In this document: piece after piece, positions 1 to 9,702 of the stretch | Numbering within the stretch: position 1 is the first letter of the stretch | Layout of the letters: the number at the start of each line of letters is the position of its first letter | Assembly (NCBI RefSeq): GCF_000195955.2 | Contig: NC_000962.3 | Location: 2,550,001 to 2,582,000 of the forward strand | Direction: 5' to 3' | Source: Mycobacterium tuberculosis H37Rv | GTDB lineage: Bacteria > Actinomycetota > Actinomycetes > Mycobacteriales > Mycobacteriaceae | Length of the DNA stretch: 32,000 nucleotides | The notes under the pieces: model-generated | Seen by the model: only the letters and a program-made list of their open reading frames with translations | What the model was told of the DNA's origin: nothing | Database searches by the model: none | Made by a program: the position numbers and the translations under genes

Positions 1-64
1 ACCAGCGCCACCGTGAACCGCCCCGGCATGTCCGGAGACTCCAGTTCTTGGAAAGGATGGGGTC

Positions 65-391
65 ATGTCAGGTGGTTCATCGAGGAGGTACCCGCCGGAG
101 CTGCGTGAGCGGGCGGTGCGGATGGTCGCAGAGATCCGCGGTCAGCACGATTCGGAGTGGGCAGCGATCAGTGAGGTCGCCCGTCTACTTGGTGTTGGCT
201 GCGCGGAGACGGTGCGTAAGTGGGTGCGCCAGGCGCAGGTCGATGCCGGCGCACGGCCCGGGACCACGACCGAAGAATCCGCTGAGCTGAAGCGCTTGCG
301 GCGGGACAACGCCGAATTGCGAAGGGCGAACGCGATTTTAAAGACCGCGTCGGCTTTCTTCGCGGCCGAGCTCGACCGGCCAGCACGCTAA
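65..391 (+). CDS. IS6110 transposase orfA (HTH, IS3 family)
   Basis: 108-aa ORF MSGGSSRRYPPELRERAVRMVAEIRGQHDSEW..., an IS3-type OrfA with leucine-zipper-like C-terminus (Rv2278-type). Confidence 0.96.
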   Translation: MSGGSSRRYPPELRERAVRMVAEIRGQHDSEWAAISEVARLLGVGCAETVRKWVRQAQVDAGARPGTTTEESAELKRLRRDNAELRRANAILKTASAFFAAELDRPAR

Positions 392-1326
392 TTACCCGGT
401 TCATCGCCGATCATCAGGGCCACCGCGAGGGCCCCGATGGTTTGCGGTGGGGTGTCGAGTCGATCTGCACACAGCTGACCGAGCTGGGTGTGCCGATCGC
501 CCCATCGACCTACTACGACCACATCAACCGGGAGCCCAGCCGCCGCGAGCTGCGCGATGGCGAACTCAAGGAGCACATCAGCCGCGTCCACGCCGCCAAC
601 TACGGTGTTTACGGTGCCCGCAAAGTGTGGCTAACCCTGAACCGTGAGGGCATCGAGGTGGCCAGATGCACCGTCGAACGGCTGATGACCAAACTCGGCC
701 TGTCCGGGACCACCCGCGGCAAAGCCCGCAGGACCACGATCGCTGATCCGGCCACAGCCCGTCCCGCCGATCTCGTCCAGCGCCGCTTCGGACCACCAGC
801 ACCTAACCGGCTGTGGGTAGCAGACCTCACCTATGTGTCGACCTGGGCAGGGTTCGCCTACGTGGCCTTTGTCACCGACGCCTACGCTCGCAGGATCCTG
901 GGCTGGCGGGTCGCTTCCACGATGGCCACCTCCATGGTCCTCGACGCGATCGAGCAAGCCATCTGGACCCGCCAACAAGAAGGCGTACTCGACCTGAAAG
1001 ACGTTATCCACCATACGGATAGGGGATCTCAGTACACATCGATCCGGTTCAGCGAGCGGCTCGCCGAGGCAGGCATCCAACCGTCGGTCGGAGCGGTCGG
1101 AAGCTCCTATGACAATGCACTAGCCGAGACGATCAACGGCCTATACAAGACCGAGCTGATCAAACCCGGCAAGCCCTGGCGGTCCATCGAGGATGTCGAG
1201 TTGGCCACCGCGCGCTGGGTCGACTGGTTCAACCATCGCCGCCTCTACCAGTACTGCGGCGACGTCCCGCCGGTCGAACTCGAGGCTGCCTACTACGCTC
1301 AACGCCAGAGACCAGCCGCCGGCTGA
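340..1326 (+). CDS. IS6110 transposase orfB (DDE integrase core), expressed through -1 frameshift from orfA; internal ATG ORF is 442..1326
   Basis: ORF contains rve DDE-type features (LWVADLTYVSTWAGFAYVAFVTDAYARRILGWR, HTDRGSQYTSIRF, DNALAETINGLYKTEL). The frame is open upstream of 442 back to the TTTTAAAG slippery site at 336..343. Confidence 0.93.
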   Translation, partial: KDRVGFLRGRARPASTLITRFIADHQGHREGPDGLRWGVESICTQLTELGVPIAPSTYYDHINREPSRRELRDGELKEHISRVHAANYGVYGARKVWLTLNREGIEVARCTVERLMTKLGLSGTTRGKARRTTIADPATARPADLVQRRFGPPAPNRLWVADLTYVSTWAGFAYVAFVTDAYARRILGWRVASTMATSMVLDAIEQAIWTRQQEGVLDLKDVIHHTDRGSQYTSIRFSERLAEAGIQPSVGAVGSSYDNALAETINGLYKTELIKPGKPWRSIEDVELATARWVDWFNHRRLYQYCGDVPPVELEAAYYAQRQRPAAG

Positions 1327-1352
1327 GGTCTCAGATCAGAGAGTCTCCGGAC

Positions 1353-1529
1353 TCACCGGGGCGGTTCACCGCGCCCAACATAGCCGTCTTCACCATCGGT
1401 CCCCTTCAGGCTTTCCCCACCGTAGAAACGTGCGCAATGCGCGGCGCACAGTATCGAACCGTACCGCTGAGAGCCAACCACGATGATTTGCCCGCACCGG
1501 CAGCGATAAAGTAAGTCGCGGTCGGGCAC
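1353..1529 (-). pseudogene. Possible small Cys-rich ORF whose C-terminal part is replaced by IS6110 sequence
   Basis: GTG at 1529 gives MPDRDLLYRCRCGQIIVVGSQRYGSILCAAHCARFYGGESLKGTDGEDGYVGR, then reads into the IS6110 right end and stops at 1353. It has CxC and CxxxC pairs. No homology search done. Confidence 0.3.
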
Positions 1530-1559
1530 GCAGCGCAGCGTTGGAAAGTGAGGCCTCCG

Positions 1560-2939
1560 ATGAGTGAAATGACAGCTCGGTTTTCCGAAATCGTCGGGAA
1601 CGCCAATTTGCTGACCGGCGACGCAATCCCCGAGGACTACGCACACGACGAAGAGTTGACGGGGCCGCCGCAGAAGCCAGCCTATGCCGCCAAGCCGGCC
1701 ACCCCCGAAGAGGTTGCCCAACTGCTGAAGGCCGCCTCTGAAAACGGTGTGCCGGTGACGGCCCGCGGGTCCGGGTGCGGCTTGTCGGGGGCCGCACGAC
1801 CAGTCGAGGGTGGGCTGCTGATCTCGTTCGACCGGATGAACAAGGTCCTCGAGGTCGACACCGCCAACCAAGTCGCCGTCGTGCAGCCCGGGGTGGCGTT
1901 GACCGACCTGGACGCCGCTACCGCCGATACCGGGCTGCGGTACACGGTTTACCCGGGCGAGCTGTCCTCCAGCGTCGGCGGGAATGTCGGAACCAACGCC
2001 GGCGGGATGCGCGCGGTCAAGTACGGAGTGGCCCGCCATAACGTGCTCGGGTTGCAAGCGGTATTGCCCACCGGCGAGATCATCCGAACCGGCGGCAGGA
2101 TGGCCAAGGTGTCCACCGGCTACGACCTCACCCAGCTGATCATCGGCTCGGAGGGCACCCTGGCCTTGGTCACCGAGGTGATCGTCAAGCTGCATCCGCG
2201 GCTCGACCACAACGCCAGCGTGCTCGCCCCGTTCGCCGACTTCGACCAAGTCATGGCGGCGGTGCCCAAGATCCTCGCCAGCGGCCTGGCACCTGACATC
2301 CTGGAGTACATTGACAACACTTCGATGGCCGCACTCATCTCCACTCAGAACCTGGAGCTAGGTATTCCGGACCAGATCCGCGACAGCTGCGAAGCTTATC
2401 TCCTTGTGGCGCTTGAGAACCGCATCGCCGACCGACTGTTCGAGGACATTCAGACGGTGGGTGAAATGCTCATGGAATTGGGAGCGGTGGACGCCTACGT
2501 GCTCGAAGGAGGCTCGGCGCGCAAGCTGATCGAGGCCCGCGAGAAGGCATTCTGGGCGGCAAAAGCACTCGGCGCCGACGACATCATCGACACCGTCGTC
2601 CCACGCGCGTCGATGCCAAAATTCCTGAGCACCGCGCGCGGTCTGGCGGCGGCAGCGGACGGTGCCGCGGTCGGTTGCGGGCACGCCGGCGACGGCAACG
2701 TACACATGGCCATCGCGTGCAAGGATCCGGAGAAAAAGAAGAAGCTCATGACCGACATCTTTGCTCTCGCAATGGAATTGGGTGGCGCGATCTCTGGCGA
2801 ACACGGCGTCGGCCGGGCCAAAACCGGCTATTTCCTCGAGCTGGAAGACCCGGTCAAGATCAGCCTCATGCGCCGTATCAAGCAGAGCTTCGATCCGGCG
2901 GGCATCCTCAACCCAGGCGTTGTCTTCGGAGACACCTGA
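1560..2939 (+). CDS. FAD-binding/FAD-linked oxidase, glycolate oxidase GlcD / D-lactate dehydrogenase-like (Rv2280)
   Basis: 459-aa ORF from MSEMTARF with FAD_binding_4-like ARGSGCGLSGA...GNVGTNAGG and FAD-oxidase C-terminal GHAGDGNVHM...GEHGVGRAKTGYF motifs. Confidence 0.93.
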   Translation: MSEMTARFSEIVGNANLLTGDAIPEDYAHDEELTGPPQKPAYAAKPATPEEVAQLLKAASENGVPVTARGSGCGLSGAARPVEGGLLISFDRMNKVLEVDTANQVAVVQPGVALTDLDAATADTGLRYTVYPGELSSSVGGNVGTNAGGMRAVKYGVARHNVLGLQAVLPTGEIIRTGGRMAKVSTGYDLTQLIIGSEGTLALVTEVIVKLHPRLDHNASVLAPFADFDQVMAAVPKILASGLAPDILEYIDNTSMAALISTQNLELGIPDQIRDSCEAYLLVALENRIADRLFEDIQTVGEMLMELGAVDAYVLEGGSARKLIEAREKAFWAAKALGADDIIDTVVPRASMPKFLSTARGLAAAADGAAVGCGHAGDGNVHMAIACKDPEKKKKLMTDIFALAMELGGAISGEHGVGRAKTGYFLELEDPVKISLMRRIKQSFDPAGILNPGVVFGDT

Positions 2940-3172
2940 GCACGGACAAGAGCCGGCCGGACCAAGGCCGGTCATCGGCCGGCCAACAGGCCTGCAAGTC
3001 TCGAGCGCAACATCTTCGTGGACAGCTCGGTCCGCCGGTCGTCAAAGCCGATTTCCCCGCATCTGTCCGGTCAGTCCGATGCAGCGTCGGTCACCGTTAT
3101 TCATCCGGCGTTTACCCGTTGCTAGCCGCCATGACGTAGCCTGCTGACGCTCGATCGCCAACACAAGCCGAC

Positions 3173-4831
3173 ATGAGCGACAATGCCAAACACCACAGGG
3201 ATGGGCATTTGGTGGCTAGCGGACTTCAGGATCGCGCAGCGCGCACACCGCAACACGAGGGCTTCCTCGGGCCGGACCGACCATGGCACCTGTCGTTCAG
3301 TCTGCTGCTGGCGGGTTCTTTCGTGCTGTTCTCGTGGTGGGCATTCGACTACGCAGGGTCCGGCGCGAACAAAGTCATCCTGGTGCTCGCCACCGTCGTC
3401 GGCATGTTCATGGCCTTCAACGTCGGCGGCAATGATGTCGCCAACTCGTTTGGCACCAGCGTCGGCGCGGGCACGTTGACCATGAAACAGGCGCTTCTGG
3501 TCGCGGCGATCTTCGAGGTCAGCGGCGCGGTGATCGCCGGCGGCGACGTCACCGAGACCATCCGCAGCGGCATCGTTGATCTGTCCGGGGTGTCCGTCGA
3601 CCCACGCGACTTCATGAACATCATGCTGTCGGCGCTATCGGCAGCCGCGCTCTGGCTGCTGTTTGCTAACCGTATGGGGTACCCGGTGTCGACCACACAC
3701 TCGATCATCGGCGGCATCGTCGGCGCGGCGATCGCGCTGGGGATGGTGAGCGGCCAGGGCGGTGCCGCACTCAGGATGGTCCAGTGGGATCAAATCGGCC
3801 AGATCGTGGTGTCCTGGGTGCTGTCGCCGGTGTTGGGCGGCTTGGTGTCGTACCTGCTCTACGGCGTCATCAAACGGCACATCCTGCTGTACAACGAACA
3901 GGCCGAACGACGGCTAACAGAAATTAAGAAAGAGCGCATCGCACACCGCGAGCGCCACAAGGCGGCGTTCGACCGGCTCACCGAGATCCAGCAGATCGCC
4001 TATACCGGCGCCCTGGCGCGCGACGCCGTCGCGGCAAACCGCAAGGACTTTGATCCCGACGAACTGGAATCCGATTACTACCGCGAGCTACACGAAATCG
4101 ACGCCAAGACATCGTCGGTCGACGCGTTCCGGGCCCTGCAGAACTGGGTTCCGCTGGTCGCCGCCGCCGGATCCATGATCATTGTCGCGATGCTGCTGTT
4201 CAAGGGGTTCAAGCACATGCACTTGGGCCTTACCACGATGAATAACTACTTCATCATCGCGATGGTCGGTGCAGCGGTGTGGATGGCCACCTTTATTTTC
4301 GCCAAGACACTTCGGGGCGAATCACTTTCACGGTCAACGTTTTTGATGTTCAGCTGGATGCAGGTCTTTACGGCCTCGGGCTTCGCCTTCAGCCACGGCA
4401 GCAATGACATTGCCAACGCCATCGGGCCGTTCGCGGCAATCCTGGATGTGCTGCGCACGGGCGCCATTGAAGGCAACGCAGCGGTGCCTGCCGCGGCCAT
4501 GGTAACGTTCGGCGTCGCGTTGTGCGCGGGGTTGTGGTTCATTGGACGACGGGTGATCGCCACCGTTGGACACAACCTCACCACGATGCACCCGGCATCG
4601 GGGTTTGCTGCCGAATTGTCGGCCGCCGGGGTGGTCATGGGAGCCACGGTCCTGGGTCTTCCGGTTTCCAGCACGCACATTCTTATCGGCGCCGTCCTCG
4701 GCGTCGGCATCGTAAACCGGTCCACCAACTGGGGACTGATGAAACCGATCGTGCTAGCGTGGGTCATCACGCTGCCTTCGGCGGCGATCCTCGCCTCGGT
4801 CGGTCTTGTCGCGCTACGCGCGATTTTCTGA
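3173..4831 (+). CDS. pitB: Low-affinity inorganic phosphate transporter, PiT family (Rv2281)
   Basis: 552-aa multi-spanning ORF with duplicated PiT signatures [17 protein letters not shown] and [17 protein letters not shown] plus PVSTTHS / PVSSTHI motifs. Confidence 0.95.
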
Positions 4832-4860
4832 CGACGCCGGGTCCATCAACCCCAGCGCAA

Positions 4861-4935
4861 CCTCCGCGAGCAGTCGCTAAAGCCCCCGACACGCCGTGCG
4901 TGCGGGGGCTTATGCGACTGCTCGCCGGACGGAGG
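4861..4935. terminator. Long bidirectional terminator-like hairpin between convergent pitB and the LysR gene
   Basis: Nested arms: CCTCCG (4861..4866)/CGGAGG (4930..4935), CGAGCAGTCGC (4867..4877)/GCGACTGCTCG (4914..4924), AAGCCCCCG (4880..4888)/CGGGGGCTT (4903..4911), CACGC/GCGTG, loop CGT. Confidence 0.85.
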
Positions 4936-4937
4936 TC

Positions 4938-5876
4938 CTACGTGCTGCGGGAAGTGATGTGGCTGAGCAGGTCTCGTATCGCACCCGCCGGCGGGGTGCG
5001 CCCACCGACCCAGATGGCTCGAAGCTGGCGCCGCAGGTTCAACGCGGGGATGTCGACCGCGAGTAATCGACCGAACGCCAGGTCATCGGCTATCGCTAGC
5101 CGGCTCATCGCAGCCGGTCCAGCGCCGGCCAAGACCGCGGCCCGCACGGCCGCAGCCGATGATAATTCCAGCACCGGTGGCGCTTGCTGCATGTCCTCCC
5201 CGAGCGTGTCACGTAACGCCGCGGTGAGTGAATCGCGGATGCCAGAGTTCGGTTCGCGAGTCACCAAAGGCGTCTGAGCGAGCTCCCGGGCGCTCACTAC
5301 TCGTGACCGTCGGGCCCACTTGTGACCCGGCGGCACGACGACGACCAGTTCGTCGCGTGCAACCACAACGCTGCCTAATCCCGTGGGAGGACAGGGGTTT
5401 TCGATGAATCCAAGATCTGCGATGCCGTCACGAACGGCTGCGATCGCATGCTCGCTATTGGTGGCGGTCAGGATTACCTCAGGGACAGTACCACCGCGGC
5501 GCATGTCGGCGGCCCGCAAGGACAGCATCCAATGCGGCATCAGCTGTTCGGCTATCGTCTGGCTGGCCACCACTCTGATGCGCTGGCGGCCTTCGGTGCG
5601 CAGCGAGCCGAGGCCGGCATCGATCTCGTCGGCGACTTCGAGCAAGCGGGCCGCCCATTCGGCGACGACGATGCCGGCAGGCGTGAGTTGGGAGCCACGT
5701 GTCGTCCGGATGGCCAATCGCACCCCGATCTGGGCCTCCATCGATGCGAGCCGCCTTGACACAGCTTGTTGAGTCAACCCGAGTTCGCGTGCGGCGCCGC
5801 CAAGACTGCCGGCCTCAGCGATGGCCAGAAAGATTTCGAAGCAGGTGAGTCCGGGCATACGAGAGCTGAGCGGCAT
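4938..5876 (-). CDS. LysR-family transcriptional regulator (Rv2282c)
   Basis: 312-aa ORF with N-terminal LysR HTH: LTCFEIFLAIAEAGSLGGAARELGLTQQAVSRRLASMEAQIGVRLAIRTTRGSQLTPAG. Confidence 0.95.
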   Translation of the reverse strand: MPLSSRMPGLTCFEIFLAIAEAGSLGGAARELGLTQQAVSRRLASMEAQIGVRLAIRTTRGSQLTPAGIVVAEWAARLLEVADEIDAGLGSLRTEGRQRIRVVASQTIAEQLMPHWMLSLRAADMRRGGTVPEVILTATNSEHAIAAVRDGIADLGFIENPCPPTGLGSVVVARDELVVVVPPGHKWARRSRVVSARELAQTPLVTREPNSGIRDSLTAALRDTLGEDMQQAPPVLELSSAAAVRAAVLAGAGPAAMSRLAIADDLAFGRLLAVDIPALNLRRQLRAIWVGGRTPPAGAIRDLLSHITSRST

Positions 5877-5889
5877 GCCTGATCAAATC

Positions 5890-5904
5890 ACAACCAATGG
5901 TTGT
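5890..5904. promoter_or_regulatory. Perfect 7-bp-arm palindrome ACAACCA-A-TGGTTGT, candidate operator for the adjacent LysR gene
   Basis: Sequence acaaccaatggttgt 13 nt upstream of the LysR start codon. Confidence 0.45.
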
Positions 5905-5940
5905 TCCCAACAACATTCAGACCCCTAGTGACGACGGCCC

Positions 5941-6135
5941 ATGCTCGAAAAATGCCCCCACGCGAGCGTCGACTGCGGTGCCTCGAAAATCGGCATCACC
6001 GACAACGACCCCGCGACCGCCACCAACCGCAGGCTGGCGAGCACAATTCGCAAGCCGCCGATCGAGCACGCGGCCGGGCCCTTAGGGTCCACATCACGCG
6101 CTGGCCACCGTTCGTACGGCGGGGTGGCCTCGTAA
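5941..6135 (+). CDS. Small hypothetical protein (Rv2283)
   Basis: 64-aa ORF immediately upstream of lipM. No domain recognised; overlapping ORFs exist in other frames. Confidence 0.4.
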
Positions 6136-6144
6136 GGTAACCAC

Positions 6145-7440
6145 ATGGGCGCTCCTCGACTCATCCACGTCATCCGGCAAATCGGGGCCTTGGTGGTAGC
6201 GGCAGTGACCGCCGCCGCCACGATCAACGCATATAGGCCGCTGGCGCGCAACGGATTCGCATCGCTGTGGTCGTGGTTTATTGGCCTGGTGGTTACCGAG
6301 TTTCCGTTACCGACGCTGGCGAGCCAGCTCGGCGGGCTGGTGTTGACAGCCCAACGCCTGACCCGGCCAGTGCGGGCGGTCTCCTGGCTGGTAGCGGCCT
6401 TCTCGGCGCTGGGGCTGCTGAACCTCAGTCGCGCAGGCCGTCAGGCCGATGCCCAGCTCACCGCCGCATTAGACAGCGGCCTGGGGCCCGATCGCCGCAC
6501 CGCCTCGGCCGGTCTGTGGCGCCGCCCAGCCGGCGGTGGTACCGCCAAGACCCCCGGGCCGCTGCGCATGCTGCGGATCTACCGCGATTACGCACACGAT
6601 GGCGACATCAGCTACGGCGAATACGGCAGGGCCAACCACCTCGATATCTGGCGACGTCCCGATCTAGATCTGACCGGAACAGCGCCCGTGCTGTTTCAGA
6701 TCCCCGGCGGTGCATGGACCACCGGAAACAAACGCGGACAGGCGCATCCACTGATGAGCCACCTCGCCGAGCTAGGCTGGATCTGCGTGGCGATCAACTA
6801 CCGACACAGCCCGCGCAACACCTGGCCGGATCACATCATCGACGTCAAGCGCGCCCTGGCGTGGGTCAAGGCGCACATCAGCGAATACGGCGGCGATCCG
6901 GACTTCATCGCCATCACCGGTGGTTCGGCCGGCGGCCACCTGTCGTCACTGGCCGCGCTAACGCCGAATGACCCACGATTCCAACCGGGATTCGAAGAGG
7001 CGGACACCCGGGTGCAGGCAGCCGTGCCGTTCTACGGCGTCTATGACTTCACTCGTCTGCAGGACGCGATGCACCCGATGATGCTGCCGCTGCTGGAGCG
7101 AATGGTGGTCAAACAACCGCGCACGGCGAACATGCAGTCCTACCTCGACGCCTCACCGGTCACCCACATTTCCGCCGACGCTCCCCCATTCTTTGTGCTA
7201 CACGGCCGCAACGACTCGCTGGTTCCCGTACAGCAGGCGCGTGGCTTCGTCGATCAGCTGCGGCAAGTCAGCAAGCAGCCGGTGGTATACGCCGAATTGC
7301 CCTTTACCCAGCACGCTTTCGACCTGCTCGGCTCGGCACGTGCGGCACACACGGCGATCGCCGTGGAGCAATTCCTGGCCGAGGTCTACGCAACGCAACA
7401 CGCGGGCAGTGAGCCGGGCCCCGCGGTTGCGATCCCATAG
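6145..7440 (+). CDS. lipM: Membrane-associated esterase/lipase, alpha/beta hydrolase (Rv2284)
   Basis: 431-aa ORF with N-terminal hydrophobic segments, oxyanion-type PGGAW, nucleophile motif GGSAGG and C-terminal [10 protein letters not shown] / PFTQHAFD. Confidence 0.93.
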   Translation: MGAPRLIHVIRQIGALVVAAVTAAATINAYRPLARNGFASLWSWFIGLVVTEFPLPTLASQLGGLVLTAQRLTRPVRAVSWLVAAFSALGLLNLSRAGRQADAQLTAALDSGLGPDRRTASAGLWRRPAGGGTAKTPGPLRMLRIYRDYAHDGDISYGEYGRANHLDIWRRPDLDLTGTAPVLFQIPGGAWTTGNKRGQAHPLMSHLAELGWICVAINYRHSPRNTWPDHIIDVKRALAWVKAHISEYGGDPDFIAITGGSAGGHLSSLAALTPNDPRFQPGFEEADTRVQAAVPFYGVYDFTRLQDAMHPMMLPLLERMVVKQPRTANMQSYLDASPVTHISADAPPFFVLHGRNDSLVPVQQARGFVDQLRQVSKQPVVYAELPFTQHAFDLLGSARAAHTAIAVEQFLAEVYATQHAGSEPGPAVAIP

Positions 7441-7472
7441 CTTTTGGGGTTGAGGTCGCTAGGGTTGGCCTT

Positions 7473-8810
7473 GTGAAGCTGCTCAGCCCGCTGGATCAGA
7501 TGTTCGCGCGCATGGAGGCGCCGCGCACGCCAATGCACATCGGCGCGTTTGCGGTCTTCGACCTGCCTAAGGGAGCACCGCGCAGGTTCATCCGCGACCT
7601 GTACGAGGCGATCTCACAACTGGCGTTCCTGCCCTTCCCGTTCGACAGCGTGATCGCCGGCGGCGCGTCGATGGCGTACTGGAGGCAGGTGCAGCCCGAT
7701 CCGAGCTACCACGTCCGCTTGTCCGCCCTACCTTATCCGGGGACCGGCCGCGATCTCGGCGCGTTGGTCGAGCGGCTGCATTCGACCCCACTTGACATGG
7801 CCAAGCCGCTATGGGAGTTGCACCTCATCGAGGGGCTAACCGGCCGTCAGTTCGCCATGTACTTCAAGGCCCACCACTGCGCGGTCGACGGATTGGGTGG
7901 GGTGAACCTGATCAAGAGCTGGCTCACCACCGATCCCGAGGCACCCCCAGGCTCGGGCAAGCCCGAGCCGTTCGGCGATGACTACGACTTGGCCAGCGTG
8001 TTGGCCGCCGCCACGACGAAGCGGGCGGTCGAGGGCGTTTCCGCGGTCAGCGAACTGGCCGGAAGGCTATCCAGCATGGTGCTGGGCGCCAACAGCTCGG
8101 TGCGGGCGGCCCTCACCACCCCGCGTACCCCGTTTAACACCCGCGTCAACCGGCATCGACGGCTAGCGGTGCAAGTGCTGAAACTGCCGCGCCTCAAGGC
8201 AGTGGCCCACGCCACCGACTGCACCGTCAACGACGTGATCCTGGCGTCTGTCGGCGGGGCTTGCCGACGCTACCTGCAGGAGCTGGGCGACCTGCCGACG
8301 AACACCCTGACCGCCTCGGTGCCGGTCGGCTTCGAGCGCGACGCAGACACGGTCAACGCCGCCTCGGGTTTCGTCGCGCCGCTGGGCACCTCGATCGAAG
8401 ACCCGGTTGCGCGGCTGACCACAATCTCGGCGTCGACCACCCGCGGCAAGGCCGAACTGCTGGCGATGTCACCAAATGCCTTGCAGCACTACTCCGTATT
8501 CGGCTTGCTGCCGATCGCGGTGGGGCAGAAGACCGGCGCACTCGGGGTGATTCCACCGCTGTTCAACTTCACCGTCTCCAATGTGGTGCTCTCGAAGGAC
8601 CCGTTGTATCTTTCGGGCGCCAAGCTGGATGTGATTGTTCCGATGTCGTTCCTGTGTGACGGCTATGGCCTCAACGTGACGCTGGTCGGCTACACGGACA
8701 AGGTCGTCCTCGGCTTTCTGGGCTGCCGTGACACCTTGCCGCATCTGCAGCGGCTAGCGCAGTACACCGGCGCGGCATTCGAGGAACTCGAGACCGCCGC
8801 CTTGCCATAG
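7473..8810 (+). CDS. Wax ester synthase/diacylglycerol acyltransferase (WS/DGAT) family protein (Rv2285)
   Basis: 445-aa ORF, starts [25 protein letters not shown], catalytic HHxxxDG motif [20 protein letters not shown]. Confidence 0.95.
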
Positions 8811-8876
8811 CGACCAAACGACGACAACGCTCCGCCCATCGCCGGCAGTACCCGCCAATCACCACGGTGTAGCCGC

Positions 8877-9569
8877 TCAGGAGCGGCCCGCCAGCCGGTC
8901 GATATCAACGATCTCCCCGCGATTGATGCTCACCCAATCGCGCCCATCGAGGTAGGGGCGTAGCTGCTGGGCAATGAGTTCAACATCGGCTGGTGACTTC
9001 GGTCGCTGAAGTTCGTAGACGTGCGGCAGCCCCGCCATGCCCGTGACGACGCTCCACAGGTTCAGGGCGGCCGGTCCAGCAGGCGGGTCCACCAGCACCG
9101 GCCCAAAAAGGCATTGTCCGTCCAAAAAGAGCGTCGGCACGCCGTATCCGCCCGCGGCGACAACCCGTTGGTGGTCGGCGCGGACGTCGTCGTGGGTCGT
9201 CGGATCATCCAGCGCCGCGTCCAAAATCGCCGCATTGACGCCGACGTCGCACAGTAGGCGTCGCGCCACCGCGGGATCATGCGGTTTGCCGCCCAGGGTG
9301 TGCAGCTCATGACCGATCGCTGCATACCACCGATCAAGCAACGACATGTTCGTTCGACGCAGCAGCGCACCGATCCGCATCAACGACCAGCCATAGGACC
9401 AGTCTCGCTCCCACGGGTGCTTCTTGCCCGCTACCAGGTTGATCTCCTCGAGGCTGAAAAACCGCCAGTTGATCGTGATTCCCAATTGCGCGCGCACATC
9501 ACGGATCCACACCGAGGTCTGATAGGCGAACGGGCACAAAGGGTCAAAGTGGAAATCCACGGTGGTCAT
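8877..9569 (-). CDS. DsbA/FrnE-like thioredoxin-fold oxidoreductase (Rv2286c)
   Basis: [25 protein letters not shown]... with [14 protein letters not shown]. Typical DSBA-like fold sequence. Start chosen at internal ATG. Confidence 0.8.
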
Positions 9570-9702
9570 CAGACCTGAGTCCTCCAGCTGATCGAGTCGA
9601 CACCTCGATGACATTGTGCCGTGCGCCACGTTGTCAGCGGACTGAGTCGACCCAACATCTCGCGGTGTTCGCCAGGGTGCCGAAACAGGTCAACGCGGCG
9701 GT

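Larger units (their letters stand above)
14..1368 (+). mobile_element. IS6110: Complete IS6110 (IS3 family) insertion sequence, 1355 bp
   Basis: Left terminus TGAACCGCCCCGGCATGTCCGGAGACTC (14..41) and right terminus GAGTCTCCGGACTCACCGGGGCGGTTCA (1341..1368) are imperfect inverted repeats. The distance between them is 1355 bp. A CCG direct repeat flanks both ends (11..13 and 1369..1371). Contains IS3-type orfA/orfB. Confidence 0.98.

Noticed and set aside
1353-2249. 298-aa minus-strand ORF antisense to Rv2280
   Set aside because: Most of it is a shadow of the high-GC third-codon pattern of the strongly supported Rv2280 CDS. Only the short part outside Rv2280 (1353..1529) is considered.
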